Shown: positions 34,350-45,387 of the stretch, piece by piece
Position numbering within the stretch: the first letter of the stretch is position 1
How the letters are laid out: each line of letters starts with the position of its first letter
Source of the DNA: Alistipes sp.
GTDB taxonomy: Bacteria; Bacteroidota; Bacteroidia; Bacteroidales; Rikenellaceae
NCBI GenBank assembly: GCA_017536555.1
Contig: JAFXHE010000003.1
Location: forward strand, 88,662-152,661
Direction of reading: 5' to 3'
DNA: 64,000 bases
Translations under genes and position numbers: made by a program
Notes under the pieces: generated by a model
The model's database searches: none
What the model was told of the DNA's origin: nothing
The model's input: the letters and a program-made list of their open reading frames with translations, nothing else

Positions 34350-36980
34350 TTAAAATATACCCAAATCCTGCAACTTCGCCTCAAGCGACGGCAGGTCGTA
34401 GAACTTTATTTCGCGCGGCTTGGAGCCTATCTGTGGCCCAACAATACCAGCACGTTCAAGCTGCAACATAATACGTCCTGCGCGGTTGAAGCCAACCTCG
34501 AAGTTACGCTGTATCATAGAGGTAGAGATAACACCGTTAGCCACTGCCTCGCGCGCAATCTCGGCAAACTTGGGGTCATACTTCTGCGGAGCACCACTCT
34601 CCTCGCTGCCAAAGCTCACAGCACCTCCTGGCTCACTACCCGCCTCGGGCGTATAGTCGGGAAGGCTGTATGCCGAGGTATAGCCCTGCTGGCGACCAAT
34701 AAAGTCGACGATGCCCTCAACCTCGGGGGTGTCGACAAAGGCGCACTGTATACGCGTGAGCTCGCCACCATTAGACATCAGCATATCGCCACGTCCGATA
34801 AGCTGGTTAGCACCTGGCTGGTCGAGGATAGTGCGCGAGTCGGTCATAGACATTACGCGGAAGGCGATACGCGCGGGGAAGTTCGCCTTGATACCACCCG
34901 TGATAACACGCACATCGGGACGCTGCGTAGCAACGATAAGGTGGATACCCACAGCACGTGCCTTCTGCGCAAGACGCATAACGGGAGCCTCTACCTCCTT
35001 TGCGGTCATAATAAGGTCGGCGAACTCATCGATGACAACAACGATATAGGGCAAGAAGCGGTGTCCGTGCTCGGGGTTTAGGCGGCGGTGCAAGAACTTA
35101 TCGTTATACTCAACGATATTCTTGGCGTGCGCACTCTTGCACAATTCCAGACGGTTAGACATCTCCGTAACGAGTGAATTGAGCGTATATACAGCCTTCT
35201 TGGGGTCGGTGATGATAGCCTCGTCCTCCGACTCCATCTTTGCAAGGAAGTGTTTTTCGAGCTTCTGGTATAGCGAGAACTCCACCATCTTGGGGTCGAC
35301 AAGAACAAACTTAAGCTCTGCGGGGTGCTTGCGGTAGAGCAGCGATGTGATGATAGCATTCAGACCCACCGACTTACCCTGACCCGTAGCACCTGCCACC
35401 AACAAGTGTGGCATCTTGGCGAGGTCAAACGTGAAGTTCTCGTTCTGAATGGTACGTCCTATGACCACTGGAAGCTCGGCACGCGACTCTTGGAACTCCT
35501 TGGAGCATATCGCAGAGTACATCGACACCGTCTGCTTGGACTGGTTAGGTACCTCGATACCGACAGTGCCTCGACCTGGAATAGGCGCGATAATACGTAT
35601 ACCCAACGCCTTGAGGCTCTGCGCAATATCATTCTCCAAATTGCTAATCTTTGATATCTTAACGCCCTGCTCCTGCACAATCTCATACAGAGTAACAGTG
35701 GGGCCTACCGTAGCGTGCATACTGCGGATAGGAATACCAAAGTTGAGCAACGTCTCACGTATACGCTCCTTATTCTCGAATATCTCCTGTTCGTCAATCT
35801 CCACCTTCGACTTATGGTCAACAAGCAGCGACGGCATAGGAGGCTCATAGTTCGCCAAATCACGCATAGGGTCATACAGCTCATTGAGGATATCCTCCTC
35901 ATTAACCTGCTCAATAGTACCCTGCTCAACGGTGACAACAAGACCATCGCCATCCGCTTGCATCTCCTCAATAGGGCCCTCTGCTGGGCTGTCATCAACA
36001 CCAAGCACCTCCGCAACGTCGATAGGCGATAGCGGCTGCTCCTCACGCGGCACAGCGATAAACGGAGAGTCGGCGGCAGCCAACATCTCGGCATAGTTAC
36101 GTCTATCTGTTGCAGGCTCCACCTCATCGACTGCCTCGGTGGTAACATCCTCTGCCGAAGGCTCACTACTATCCGCAATATCCTCTGCAGGGTGCAGACG
36201 CTCAACGGTCATCATAACAGGCGGTGTCACAGGTGGCACGGTGGGCAGCACCTCGTCATCCTCCTCTGACTCATCGTCATTTTCTGAATATGGAGCACTC
36301 TCAACACCGACATCCTCCTTGCGGTGGTGCACCTTACCCCACACCCAGCGGGCAGCATCCGTCACACCATCTGCCATCTGCTCGCCAGCACTATCTACAG
36401 CGTGGATAAAGTTGCGATTGATGAAGATACCCGTAAGCATCCAACCCGCAACGATGATAAGCAGCGTGCCTACATTACCCACAAGACCCTTCAGACCCGC
36501 GGTCATAGCGAGACCATAGTCGCCACCCAAGCCTGTGCCAAAGATACTCCACTTTGTATCAAAGAGATAGCCCAAACTGAGTGAGCCAAGCACCAAAACG
36601 AGCATAAGGCTCAAGGCGAAATGGTTGAGACGCAACGGCTTATAACGGAAGAGTCGCCAGCCAATGACAATGATGATTATAGGTAGCACAATAGCAAAAA
36701 GACCAAAGCCACCGCCCACAAGCCAGTCGGCAACGACAGCTCCCGTCTCGCCACACACGTTACTAAAGCGAGGTGTAGCAAGCTCATTACCACGCTCCAA
36801 AAGCGCGCTCATATCATCCGACCAATAGAAATAGTACGAGATAATTGAGCAGAAGATGAACACGCCCACAGCGAGTATCACAAAGCCTGATATCCAACGT
36901 ATATTTTCGCGCATAGTAGGAGCATCGCTCTGTGGCGCTGCCTCCTTCACCCTCTTACTATCTTTTAACTCCTTTGCCAT
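34350..36980 (-). CDS. ftsK: DNA translocase FtsK
   Basis: N-terminal TM domain, acidic linker, MPHLLVAGATGQGKS, IDEFADL, ATQRP, gamma domain (VGFNRAGRI). Confidence 0.96.
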   Translation of the reverse strand: MAKELKDSKRVKEAAPQSDAPTMRENIRWISGFVILAVGVFIFCSIISYYFYWSDDMSALLERGNELATPRFSNVCGETGAVVADWLVGGGFGLFAIVLPIIIIVIGWRLFRYKPLRLNHFALSLMLVLVLGSLSLGYLFDTKWSIFGTGLGGDYGLAMTAGLKGLVGNVGTLLIIVAGWMLTGIFINRNFIHAVDSAGEQMADGVTDAARWVWGKVHHRKEDVGVESAPYSENDDESEEDDEVLPTVPPVTPPVMMTVERLHPAEDIADSSEPSAEDVTTEAVDEVEPATDRRNYAEMLAAADSPFIAVPREEQPLSPIDVAEVLGVDDSPAEGPIEEMQADGDGLVVTVEQGTIEQVNEEDILNELYDPMRDLANYEPPMPSLLVDHKSKVEIDEQEIFENKERIRETLLNFGIPIRSMHATVGPTVTLYEIVQEQGVKISKISNLENDIAQSLKALGIRIIAPIPGRGTVGIEVPNQSKQTVSMYSAICSKEFQESRAELPVVIGRTIQNENFTFDLAKMPHLLVAGATGQGKSVGLNAIITSLLYRKHPAELKFVLVDPKMVEFSLYQKLEKHFLAKMESEDEAIITDPKKAVYTLNSLVTEMSNRLELCKSAHAKNIVEYNDKFLHRRLNPEHGHRFLPYIVVVIDEFADLIMTAKEVEAPVMRLAQKARAVGIHLIVATQRPDVRVITGGIKANFPARIAFRVMSMTDSRTILDQPGANQLIGRGDMLMSNGGELTRIQCAFVDTPEVEGIVDFIGRQQGYTSAYSLPDYTPEAGSEPGGAVSFGSEESGAPQKYDPKFAEIAREAVANGVISTSMIQRNFEVGFNRAGRIMLQLERAGIVGPQIGSKPREIKFYDLPSLEAKLQDLGIF

Positions 36981-37011
36981 ATATCTATTAAACGTAACAG
37001 TTTATCTTAAA

Positions 37012-37785
37012 TTATATCTGCATAGCCTTTCTTTCGAGGCGTTGACGATACTCTTCATCAGCAAATGTGATAAAACTATATGTCGCCACTGCGCCCTGCT
37101 CGGCGCGCATATCATAGCGGTCAAGCAACCACTCTACACGACGTGCCACAGCCTCGCCCGAGTCGATAATATCTATATCGCGTCCCGCCACAACACGCTC
37201 AATCTGTGGCTTTAAGAAGGGATAATGGGTGCAGCCGAGCACTATCTTATCGACATTAAATTCAAATAGCGGCTCTACAACACCTCGCACAGCCTCTGCT
37301 GCCATATCGCTATGCTCCATATCTGCCTCAACAATCTCCACAAAGCCACGACCTACAACTTTATGCACATCAACATCCTTATTGTAACGTGCTACCGTAG
37401 ACAAAAACATATCACCCGCAAGGCTATGCTCCGTAGCCAGCACCGCTATATGTCCCGTCTTGGTCGTTAGGCAAGCAGGCTTAACCGCTGGCTCAAGACC
37501 CACAATGGGGATATTGCTCCAATGCTCACGCAATGCGCTGACAGCGGCAGCCGTAGCTGTATTACACCCTACTACAACCATCTTAACACCCTCCTTAACG
37601 AGTCGCTCAACGGCAGCCATAGCAAAGGTTGTAATCTCCTCCTTGGAGCGTCCTCCATAGGGACAATTCTTGCCGTCGCCAAGATATAGCAACGACTCAT
37701 CGGGTAGTCGACGACGTATCTCGCGCCATACCGACAGCCCTCCAAAGCCAGAGTCATAGACCCCTATGGGTGCATTATTCTTCAT
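37012..37785 (-). CDS. murI: Glutamate racemase
   Basis: DSGFGGLSV, PYG, GCNTAT, LGCTHYP. Confidence 0.95.
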   Translation of the reverse strand: MKNNAPIGVYDSGFGGLSVWREIRRRLPDESLLYLGDGKNCPYGGRSKEEITTFAMAAVERLVKEGVKMVVVGCNTATAAAVSALREHWSNIPIVGLEPAVKPACLTTKTGHIAVLATEHSLAGDMFLSTVARYNKDVDVHKVVGRGFVEIVEADMEHSDMAAEAVRGVVEPLFEFNVDKIVLGCTHYPFLKPQIERVVAGRDIDIIDSGEAVARRVEWLLDRYDMRAEQGAVATYSFITFADEEYRQRLERKAMQI

Positions 37786-38305
37786 TTAACGATATTAATC
37801 GTGTTACAATATACTCCTGTACCTGATAGTCGCTCATAGCATTACAGTCGACATCCACACGAGCCTCGGCATAGAACCTCTCTCGCTCTGCCATATTCGC
37901 CGTCATAAACGCCAACAACTCCTCGTCGCTCTTACCGCGAAACATAGGACGTTTCTCGCGCCCATAGGGCGACATACGAGCTATAATCTGCTCGGCAGAG
38001 CGACGCAGGTAGACAGTAACACCTCGACTGTTCATCCACGCCATATTATCCTCCCACGTAGGCAGACCGCCACCCGTAGAGACCACCGCGTGTATACTCT
38101 CATCTACTATTTGCTCTATCACCTCACGCTCCAAGCGACGGAAATACTCCTCGCCCTGATAGTGAAATATATCGGCAACAGATGCACCCTCGCTCGCCTC
38201 AACACGCTGGTCTGTGTCGACGAAAGGCACACCGAGGCGACGTGCTAATCGACGTCCCATAGAGCTCTTACCAGAGCCTGCATATCCCACCAAAAAAATC
38301 AGCAT
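37775..38305 (-). CDS. aroK: Shikimate kinase
   Basis: GYAGSGKS P-loop, DTD, GEEYFRRLE, STGGG, RP. Confidence 0.92.
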   Translation of the reverse strand: MLIFLVGYAGSGKSSMGRRLARRLGVPFVDTDQRVEASEGASVADIFHYQGEEYFRRLEREVIEQIVDESIHAVVSTGGGLPTWEDNMAWMNSRGVTVYLRRSAEQIIARMSPYGREKRPMFRGKSDEELLAFMTANMAERERFYAEARVDVDCNAMSDYQVQEYIVTRLISLNEE

Positions 38306-38330
38306 AACGACACTCGCCCACTACGTTACA

Positions 38331-41123
38331 TTAAAACAGGTCGAGCTGCGCGGCAGTAAAGCCTACATCATCAACCTCTGTACGCGACTTATAATCGACA
38401 TTAGGATCGACCTTGATATCATCACCAATGATATCATCAACATCAATAACATCCTCTACATCGGCATCTTGCACCATGTCGACATCCGCATCCACATCCT
38501 CCTGAACAGAAGTAACGTCATCCTCTGGCAGTTCCTCATCTTGAGGCTCTTCAGGCTCAATGAACGTAAGCTGCGCAACATCGTATGTCGTAATACGCTT
38601 ACCACGCGCACGATGGCTCTTTATGCCGATAAACTCGTCGACATCAATAAGCTCCATAGGACGCTGCTGATGGTTTCCTCCAAACTCCACAGCCAGCTTC
38701 GCACCTCGACACGCAGTGATTGCCACAAAGCGCATAGGAGCACCATCCTCGAGGAAGAACTGCACCTTGTCGCCCGCCTCAAGCTGGAAGCGTTTCATAT
38801 AGTAGTACTTCTGCTCGTCGTCGTAGTAGCACAACGCATATACACGCTCTTCGCTATATCGCTCAACACGGATAGTATCATCGGGGAAGTGCTGCTGGAC
38901 ATCAAAGCCTGTGATATAGTACTGATTCTTCTCTGTCCATACCACAATCTTATCTTCGCCCTTAAACTCTCCAAGCAGCTGTCCTCGACCATCGGTGTTA
39001 AGGCGACGCACATCCTCATCGTACCAGATGTTCTGACCACCCAACGTCGATGCACCCTTCTCCTTAAGCACAATCTTATTTATGGAGTAGCGCGTAACAA
39101 GGTTTCCAACACTCTGACGACCCTTTATAGCCAATGTCGAGAGGTCGAGGTCGATGATGCACTTCTTAAGGCGCGCTCGTGGACGCAGGTAGATTTTGAG
39201 TATCTCCGCCTCGCCATTAGGGTTAACCGAGAGATAGAGCAACTCGCTCTTGGGCGTACCCTTTGTCAGGTCATACTCCTTATCTCGCGTAATAGACTTT
39301 ATAGCGCAGCGTTTCATCATAATAGCACCGCCACGACCATCGCGGTAGAGCATATTGTATATCGTGCGCTCATCGTTACGCTTATATATGCCAATATAGT
39401 AGATATTCTTATCGAAGAACGCCTTATCCGAGATCTTCGTAATCTTATATCTACCATCCTTAAGGATAATTATCACATCGTCGATATTTGAGCAGTCGCA
39501 GACAAACTCTGCATCCTTCATACTCTTACCATAGCCGAAGAAGCCCTCCTCACGGTTGACATATAGCTTGGCATTTGAGGATGCCACCTTCCACGCCTCA
39601 ATAGTATCAAACTCACGTATCTCGGTGCGACGCTCCTTACCCTCCGAGTACTTATCCCTGATACGCTCGTAGTATGCCACGGCGTAGTCCGTGAGGTGGT
39701 CAAGGTGGTATTTTGTCTGTTTGATATCTGCCTCAATCTGCTTAATCTCGTTGTCCGCCTTATCTGAATCATAGCGCGAAATACGGATAAACTTAAGCTC
39801 CGTAAGACGCTGCACATCCTCAAGTGTAACCTCACGACGCAGCCTCTTCTTGAATGGCTCAAGACCCTTATCCACCGCCTCGTATGCAGCCTCACGGGTA
39901 CGACAGCCCTCAATGAGCTGGTAGAGCTTATTCTCGATAAAGATACGCTCCAGCGATGCTGCGTGCCACGACTCATTAAGCTCGTCGAGCTTTATCTCCA
40001 GCTCCCTGCCGAGCAACATACGTGTATGGTCTGTCGAGTGGCGCAAGATATCGCTCACGCCCATAAACACAGGCTTATCGTCAACAATAACGCAGGAATT
40101 AGGCGAGATGCTAACCTCACAGTCGGTGAAGGCGTACAACGCATCAATAGTCTTATCCGACGACTCGTCGGCGGCCACCTGAATAATAATCTCCACCTTC
40201 TCGGCGGTATTATCATCGACCTTCTTAATCTTTATCTTACCCTTGTCGTTAGCCTTAATTATAGACTCCTTAATCGACTCCGAGGTCGTTGTGAAGGGTA
40301 TCTCCGTTATGGCAAGCGTGCGCTTATCAATCTTCGATATTTTAGCACGCACACGCACCGAGCCGCCACGCAAGCCATCGTTATAGTTGCTTGCATCCAT
40401 AATACCTCCCGTCTGGAAGTCTGGCAGGAGCGTAAACTCCTCACCTCGCAGATATGAAATAGAGGCATTTATAAGTTCAATGAAGTTATGCGGCAATATC
40501 TTTGATGCCAAGCCCACAGCGATACCATCAGCGCCCTGCGCCAATAGTAGTGGGAACTTCACAGGCAGCGTCACAGGCTCCTCCTTGCGACCATCATACG
40601 CCAACATCCACTCCGTAGTCTTCTTGTTATAGACCACATCGAGAGCGAACTTCGACAAACGCGCCTCGATATATCGCGCAGCAGCTGCCTCATCGCCCGT
40701 AAGGATATTACCCCAGTTACCCTGCATATCAATAAGCAGTCCCTTCTGACCGAGCTGCACCAGTGCATCCTTAATTGAGGCATCACCGTGCGGGTGGTAC
40801 TGCATAGCCTGACCCACAATATTTGCCACCTTGTTGTAGCGACCATCCTCCACACACTTCATAGCGTGTAATATACGTCGCTGCACAGGCTTCAAGCCAT
40901 CCTCCAGATGGGGGACAGCACGCTCCAGGATAACATACGAGGCATAGTCCAAATACCAATTCTTGTACATACCCGTCATACGACGCATATCATCCTCTGC
41001 GCCCGTAAGAGCATCGTAGCGACCCGTAGCCACGCCATCGGCAACATCGTCAACCTCCATAGCGGCAACATCACCATCCAACAGAGCCTCGTCACGCTCG
41101 ATTATATCACTATTCTTCACCAT
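38331..41123 (-). CDS. parC: DNA topoisomerase IV subunit A
   Basis: DGLKPVQRRI, HPHGD, AAARYIEAR catalytic Tyr; follows the B subunit; acidic tail ending QLDLF. Confidence 0.88.
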   Translation of the reverse strand: MVKNSDIIERDEALLDGDVAAMEVDDVADGVATGRYDALTGAEDDMRRMTGMYKNWYLDYASYVILERAVPHLEDGLKPVQRRILHAMKCVEDGRYNKVANIVGQAMQYHPHGDASIKDALVQLGQKGLLIDMQGNWGNILTGDEAAAARYIEARLSKFALDVVYNKKTTEWMLAYDGRKEEPVTLPVKFPLLLAQGADGIAVGLASKILPHNFIELINASISYLRGEEFTLLPDFQTGGIMDASNYNDGLRGGSVRVRAKISKIDKRTLAITEIPFTTTSESIKESIIKANDKGKIKIKKVDDNTAEKVEIIIQVAADESSDKTIDALYAFTDCEVSISPNSCVIVDDKPVFMGVSDILRHSTDHTRMLLGRELEIKLDELNESWHAASLERIFIENKLYQLIEGCRTREAAYEAVDKGLEPFKKRLRREVTLEDVQRLTELKFIRISRYDSDKADNEIKQIEADIKQTKYHLDHLTDYAVAYYERIRDKYSEGKERRTEIREFDTIEAWKVASSNAKLYVNREEGFFGYGKSMKDAEFVCDCSNIDDVIIILKDGRYKITKISDKAFFDKNIYYIGIYKRNDERTIYNMLYRDGRGGAIMMKRCAIKSITRDKEYDLTKGTPKSELLYLSVNPNGEAEILKIYLRPRARLKKCIIDLDLSTLAIKGRQSVGNLVTRYSINKIVLKEKGASTLGGQNIWYDEDVRRLNTDGRGQLLGEFKGEDKIVVWTEKNQYYITGFDVQQHFPDDTIRVERYSEERVYALCYYDDEQKYYYMKRFQLEAGDKVQFFLEDGAPMRFVAITACRGAKLAVEFGGNHQQRPMELIDVDEFIGIKSHRARGKRITTYDVAQLTFIEPEEPQDEELPEDDVTSVQEDVDADVDMVQDADVEDVIDVDDIIGDDIKVDPNVDYKSRTEVDDVGFTAAQLDLF

Positions 41124-41127
41124 CTGT

Positions 41128-43002
41128 TTAGTTTAGCATTTTCAGGTTTTCAATAATATCCTCCTCTACGCGCAGGTTGCTCACGATGAAGTCTCTACGC
41201 TCGGGAGTGTTGCTACCCATATAGAAGTCCAAGAGATCCTTTATAGGGTCATCCTTTGTGAGGCGAACACGATCCAGGCGCATACCATCACCAATAAACT
41301 CCTTAAACTCGTTGGCAGATATCTCACCAAGACCCTTAAAGCGGGTTATCTCCGCCTGCGCGCCACACTTCTTGATTGCCGTCTGACGCTCCTCGTCTGT
41401 ATAGCAATAGTGGGTCTCCTTCTTGTTGCGCACACGGAACAGCGGTGTCTGCAAGATGTAGAGGTGCCCCAGACGTATCACATCAGGGAAGAACTGCAAG
41501 AAGAATGATGTTAGCAGCAGGCGGATATGCATACCGTCGACATCGGCATCTGTTGCGATGATAATCTTCTTATAGCGCAAGTTCTCCATATCCTCCTCAA
41601 TGTTGAGTGCCGCCTGCAATAGGTTAAACTCCTCGTTCTCATATACCACACGCTTGGTCTTACCATAGCAGTTGAGGGGTTTACCACGTAGCGAGAATAC
41701 AGCCTGTGTGCGCGGATCACGGCTCGATGTAATAGAGCCAGATGCCGAGTTACCCTCGGTGATAAATATCATCGTCTCCTCGGCGAGCTCGTGCTTATCG
41801 GTGAAGTGTATCTTACAATCGCGCAGCTTCTTGTTATTCAGCGACACCTTCTTTGCCACCTCTCGCGCCCTCTTCTGCACGCCAGAAATCGCCTTTCGCT
41901 CCTTCTCGTTCTCGACAATCTTTCGCTGCAACGTCTGCGCCGTCTCGGGGTGCTTATGGAGGTAGTTATCGAGGTTCGTTGCGAGGAAGTCACCCACAAA
42001 CTGACGCATCGTAACGCCCTCCTCCTTATCCTTCGATCCGAGCTTGGTCTTTGTCTGCGACTCAAAGATGGGGTCGATAACCTTTACCGAGATAGCCGCG
42101 ATGATAGATGTACGGATGTCGGCAGGCTCATAATCTTTGTGATAGAACTCCTTTATAGTCTTGGCAATTGCCTCGCGGAACGCAGCTTGATGCGTACCGC
42201 CCTGCGGCGTGTACTGACCATTAACAAACGAGTAGTATGCCTCGCCATAGCCGTTGCCGTGGGTTATAACCACCTCAATATCGTCGCCCGACAGATGGAT
42301 AGGGGCATATAGCGGCTCACTCGATATGGTGTCATTAACCAAGTCGAGCAGACCATTCTTTGAGATGTAGGGCTTGCCATTGAGCACTACGGTAAGACCG
42401 AGGTTGAGATAGCTATAATTTTTGACCATCTGCTCAACAAACTCCATATTATAGGCGTAGTCACCGAACACCTCGCGGTCAACGACAAACTCCACGTATG
42501 TACCATTAGCCTCCGACACATTACTCTCACGTCTATCTGTTAGCTCCAGACCCTGCGAGAATGTTACGGTACGCGCCTCGCCGTTACGCACCGAGCGCGC
42601 GAGGAAGTGGCTCGACAGCATATTCACAGCCTTCACACCGACACCGTTAAGACCCACAGTCTTCTTGAATGCCTCGCCACCATACTTTCCGCCCGTGTTC
42701 ATCTTGCTCACAGCATCTGCCAACGACTCCAACGGAATACCACGACCGTAGTCACGCACCGACACCTTGTCGCCCTCGACACTAATCTCGATACGCTTAC
42801 CTGCGCCCATAATAAACTCGTCGATAGAGTTATCTACAACCTCCTTGAGAAGCACATAGATACCACCATCAGCCTCCGAGCCGTCGCCCAACTTACCGAT
42901 GTACATACCTGGGCGCAGACGTATATGGTCACGTGGCGATAGAGTGATTATCGCGTCATCATCATACCCTGCAACAGGCCTATTTGAATTGAGTTCTGCC
43001 AT
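41128..43002 (-). CDS. parE: DNA topoisomerase IV subunit B
   Basis: [52 protein letters not shown]; 624 aa. Confidence 0.88.
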   Translation of the reverse strand: MAELNSNRPVAGYDDDAIITLSPRDHIRLRPGMYIGKLGDGSEADGGIYVLLKEVVDNSIDEFIMGAGKRIEISVEGDKVSVRDYGRGIPLESLADAVSKMNTGGKYGGEAFKKTVGLNGVGVKAVNMLSSHFLARSVRNGEARTVTFSQGLELTDRRESNVSEANGTYVEFVVDREVFGDYAYNMEFVEQMVKNYSYLNLGLTVVLNGKPYISKNGLLDLVNDTISSEPLYAPIHLSGDDIEVVITHGNGYGEAYYSFVNGQYTPQGGTHQAAFREAIAKTIKEFYHKDYEPADIRTSIIAAISVKVIDPIFESQTKTKLGSKDKEEGVTMRQFVGDFLATNLDNYLHKHPETAQTLQRKIVENEKERKAISGVQKRAREVAKKVSLNNKKLRDCKIHFTDKHELAEETMIFITEGNSASGSITSSRDPRTQAVFSLRGKPLNCYGKTKRVVYENEEFNLLQAALNIEEDMENLRYKKIIIATDADVDGMHIRLLLTSFFLQFFPDVIRLGHLYILQTPLFRVRNKKETHYCYTDEERQTAIKKCGAQAEITRFKGLGEISANEFKEFIGDGMRLDRVRLTKDDPIKDLLDFYMGSNTPERRDFIVSNLRVEEDIIENLKMLN

Positions 43003-43024
43003 ATATTATCTCTGCTATTTACCC

Positions 43025-43747
43025 TTATTTTCGAATTGATGCGAGCGTCGATACCATCGACTCGTGTACCTCTGCCATAATCTCCTTCACGCTGCGCTGC
43101 TCCACATCCTCTGCCGAGATGGGAGGGAGCACCTTGATTGTAATGCGGTTCTTCCAATTCATCCAGAAGCCTCCCTTAATCATTGTCGTTGTGCCATCGA
43201 GCACAATAGGCAAAATAGGTACACCCGCATCTTTAGCAAGGAGGAAAGCACCCGCCTTGAAGTTATGAATTTCGCCATCCTTTGAGCGTGTACCCTCTGG
43301 GAAGATAGCTACCGAAGCACCCCTCTTTAACCACTCCTTACCCTTGTCGTGTACCATCTGCATAGCCTCCTTGGCACTTGCACGATTGATGACTATATCG
43401 CCGTGCGCGAAGAGCAATCTGCCCACGAGCGGAATCTTATAAACCTCCTTTTTCGACACCCACTTAAAGACGAGGGGTATCTTATAGAGGCACAATATAT
43501 CGACCATTGAGTTGTGGTTGAGCACAATCACGTATGGCTGTTTGGGGTCGATGTTCTCACTACCTATAACATCGCGTCCCATCTTGGGCGGAAGACCGAA
43601 GATAACATCGGTAATCCACTTCGAGAGGGTATGCACAACAACACGCTTTTTATCAAACGGATAGCATACCACAAGGGCGATAAACGATGCAACATAGAGC
43701 ACACACGCTACCGTTAAAGTAACCACATAATAGAGCAAAGTTAACAT
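43025..43747 (-). CDS. 1-acyl-sn-glycerol-3-phosphate acyltransferase (PlsC family)
   Basis: NHNSMVD, FPEGTRS, FKAGAF. Confidence 0.9.
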   Translation of the reverse strand: MLTLLYYVVTLTVACVLYVASFIALVVCYPFDKKRVVVHTLSKWITDVIFGLPPKMGRDVIGSENIDPKQPYVIVLNHNSMVDILCLYKIPLVFKWVSKKEVYKIPLVGRLLFAHGDIVINRASAKEAMQMVHDKGKEWLKRGASVAIFPEGTRSKDGEIHNFKAGAFLLAKDAGVPILPIVLDGTTTMIKGGFWMNWKNRITIKVLPPISAEDVEQRSVKEIMAEVHESMVSTLASIRK

Positions 43748-43839
43748 AATAAACGCTTTTAATATCGAATATTTACAATATCACGCAAAGATACGAAATT
43801 TTTATTGAAATAGACGCAAAAATAACCGAGAAAACAAAA

Positions 43840-43876
43840 AAAACGGAAAACCGAAATTTTATCGGTTCTCCGTTTT
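43840..43876 (-). terminator. Terminator after the DUF2807-like gene
   Basis: AAAACGGA.AACCGA/TCGGTT.TCCGTTTT stem with A-run. Confidence 0.65.
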
Positions 43877-43897
43877 GGGATTAACTGCTGCTTATGG

Positions 43898-44602
43898 CTA
43901 ATTTTCGCGTCTTACATCTGCGCCACCTGAAGCATTGATATCTGTATATGTAGGGTTGCCAGCATAGCTCACATCGGCACCACCCGTCGCCTCAATCTTG
44001 AGTGACTCTGTGGCATAAACCTCAACATCGGCACCGCCCGAAGCAGATACCTCAACTATATCTGCAATTAGTCTGATAGCATCGACATCAGCACCACCCG
44101 ATGCAGCTACCACAAAGCTGTGTGAGCTACCCCACAACTCGACATCGGCACCACCAGACGTCGCAAGCGTAATATCCTGACACTCTGCCTCAATCTCCAC
44201 GTCTGCGCCACCCGACACCGCGATAGTTAGTGACGGCACATTACAGCCCAGCCAACTAAAGTCCACGCCGCCCGACATAGCAATAGTGTTGTATTCGTAG
44301 GCGGGAACACGCACTGCGAGTGTCCTGGCACGCAGTATCCAAGAGTTCAAATCAATATTGAGCGTCGTACCATCAACCGAGATATCCACCTTATCAAAGA
44401 TATCGGTATGTGTTGTCACAACGACCTCACCCTGTGATAGCGTAGGGTCAACCGTCACATCGAAGCCCGCCGATGTAGCGATAGCATCAATATCACCACT
44501 AATTGTAAATGTGCGCGACTCTACTTCGCCTGTCGCAAATTTCTCTCCGATGCACGAGGCTAAACAGATGACCATTGCGGTCAAAAACATCACTCTTTTC
44601 AT
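43898..44602 (-). CDS. DUF2807 (head GIN-domain) putative adhesin lipoprotein
   Basis: Lipobox LASC; ~19-aa repeats containing (S/T)GGADV; YAGNP. Confidence 0.8.
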   Translation of the reverse strand: MKRVMFLTAMVICLASCIGEKFATGEVESRTFTISGDIDAIATSAGFDVTVDPTLSQGEVVVTTHTDIFDKVDISVDGTTLNIDLNSWILRARTLAVRVPAYEYNTIAMSGGVDFSWLGCNVPSLTIAVSGGADVEIEAECQDITLATSGGADVELWGSSHSFVVAASGGADVDAIRLIADIVEVSASGGADVEVYATESLKIEATGGADVSYAGNPTYTDINASGGADVRREN

Positions 44603-44750
44603 TACTAAAAATTTATGGGTTAGTTACTTATAATTTAATAATATACATATTTACTCTATCGTGTACTACCCAAACGACCACTGTCATCCATAGAGCCACT
44701 CGCATCATAAGCGACCACACGCCTAAAGCACGCAGCACACTCCTCGCACG

Positions 44751-45197
44751 CTACTCTACGGGGCGCAGACGGATGGTGATATCGCGGATAGGCTCATTAC
44801 CATCGAAGCCCACCTCACCGATGTCATAAGCGCACATCACCGACAACACGAATGAGACCTCCTCGTGGATATTCTCTGGGTAGATGGCAACATCGGTAAA
44901 CATAGTGCCATCCTCGTCCTCCGTCCAAAATGGTCCAATGGGGTAAGATACATAGTCCTCATAAGGGAGCTCTTCCAGCTTGTTGAGATGCACGGAGATA
45001 AAACCACGCAGGCTTGGGTCGGGCTCGCGCAAGTAGTACGCCTCCAATCGGAAGCTCTCTGTGTCGGGGGTAACATCGACTACAAGCTCACTCTGCTTGA
45101 AGGCATACGAGCCAGAGTCCTTCTTGAAATCGTCGCTGTCTGTATCGTTACAAGCGACCAACATAAGTGCTACAAGAGACCAAATAAAGTTTCTCAT
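44751..45197 (-). CDS. Hypothetical surface lipoprotein
   Basis: Lipobox LVAC followed by acidic NDTDSDD (export-signal-like). Confidence 0.65.
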   Translation of the reverse strand: MRNFIWSLVALMLVACNDTDSDDFKKDSGSYAFKQSELVVDVTPDTESFRLEAYYLREPDPSLRGFISVHLNKLEELPYEDYVSYPIGPFWTEDEDGTMFTDVAIYPENIHEEVSFVLSVMCAYDIGEVGFDGNEPIRDITIRLRPVE

Positions 45198-45253
45198 AAT
45201 TGTAATAATTTTTATGGTTTAACACTGTTTAGACACATTGTAATTTGCGACTA

Positions 45254-45284
45254 CAAATTTACCCCCCCCCACAAAATTTCCAAA
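45254..45284 (-). promoter_or_regulatory. Promoter TTTG-N19-TAAATTTG with a G9 tract in the spacer
   Basis: -33 box 45281-45284, -7 box 45254-45261, C9 on plus strand at 45262-45270. Confidence 0.65.
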
Positions 45285-45387
45285 TTTTTAAGGCAAAATT
45301 TTCGCTACAACGCTCTATTTTTTAGCATATTACATAAATATTCATTAAAAATATATCGCCGCAATTTACAAAATATAGTAGACCACA

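Noticed and set aside
34269-35081. 270-aa plus-strand ORF
   Set aside because: Antisense shadow of the conserved ftsK motor domain.
38214-39491. 425-aa plus-strand ORF
   Set aside because: Antisense shadow of parC; no recognisable motifs.
43898-44300. Repeated DNA motifs (GCACCACCCG-like)
   Set aside because: Explained by the GGADV protein repeats of the DUF2807 domain.
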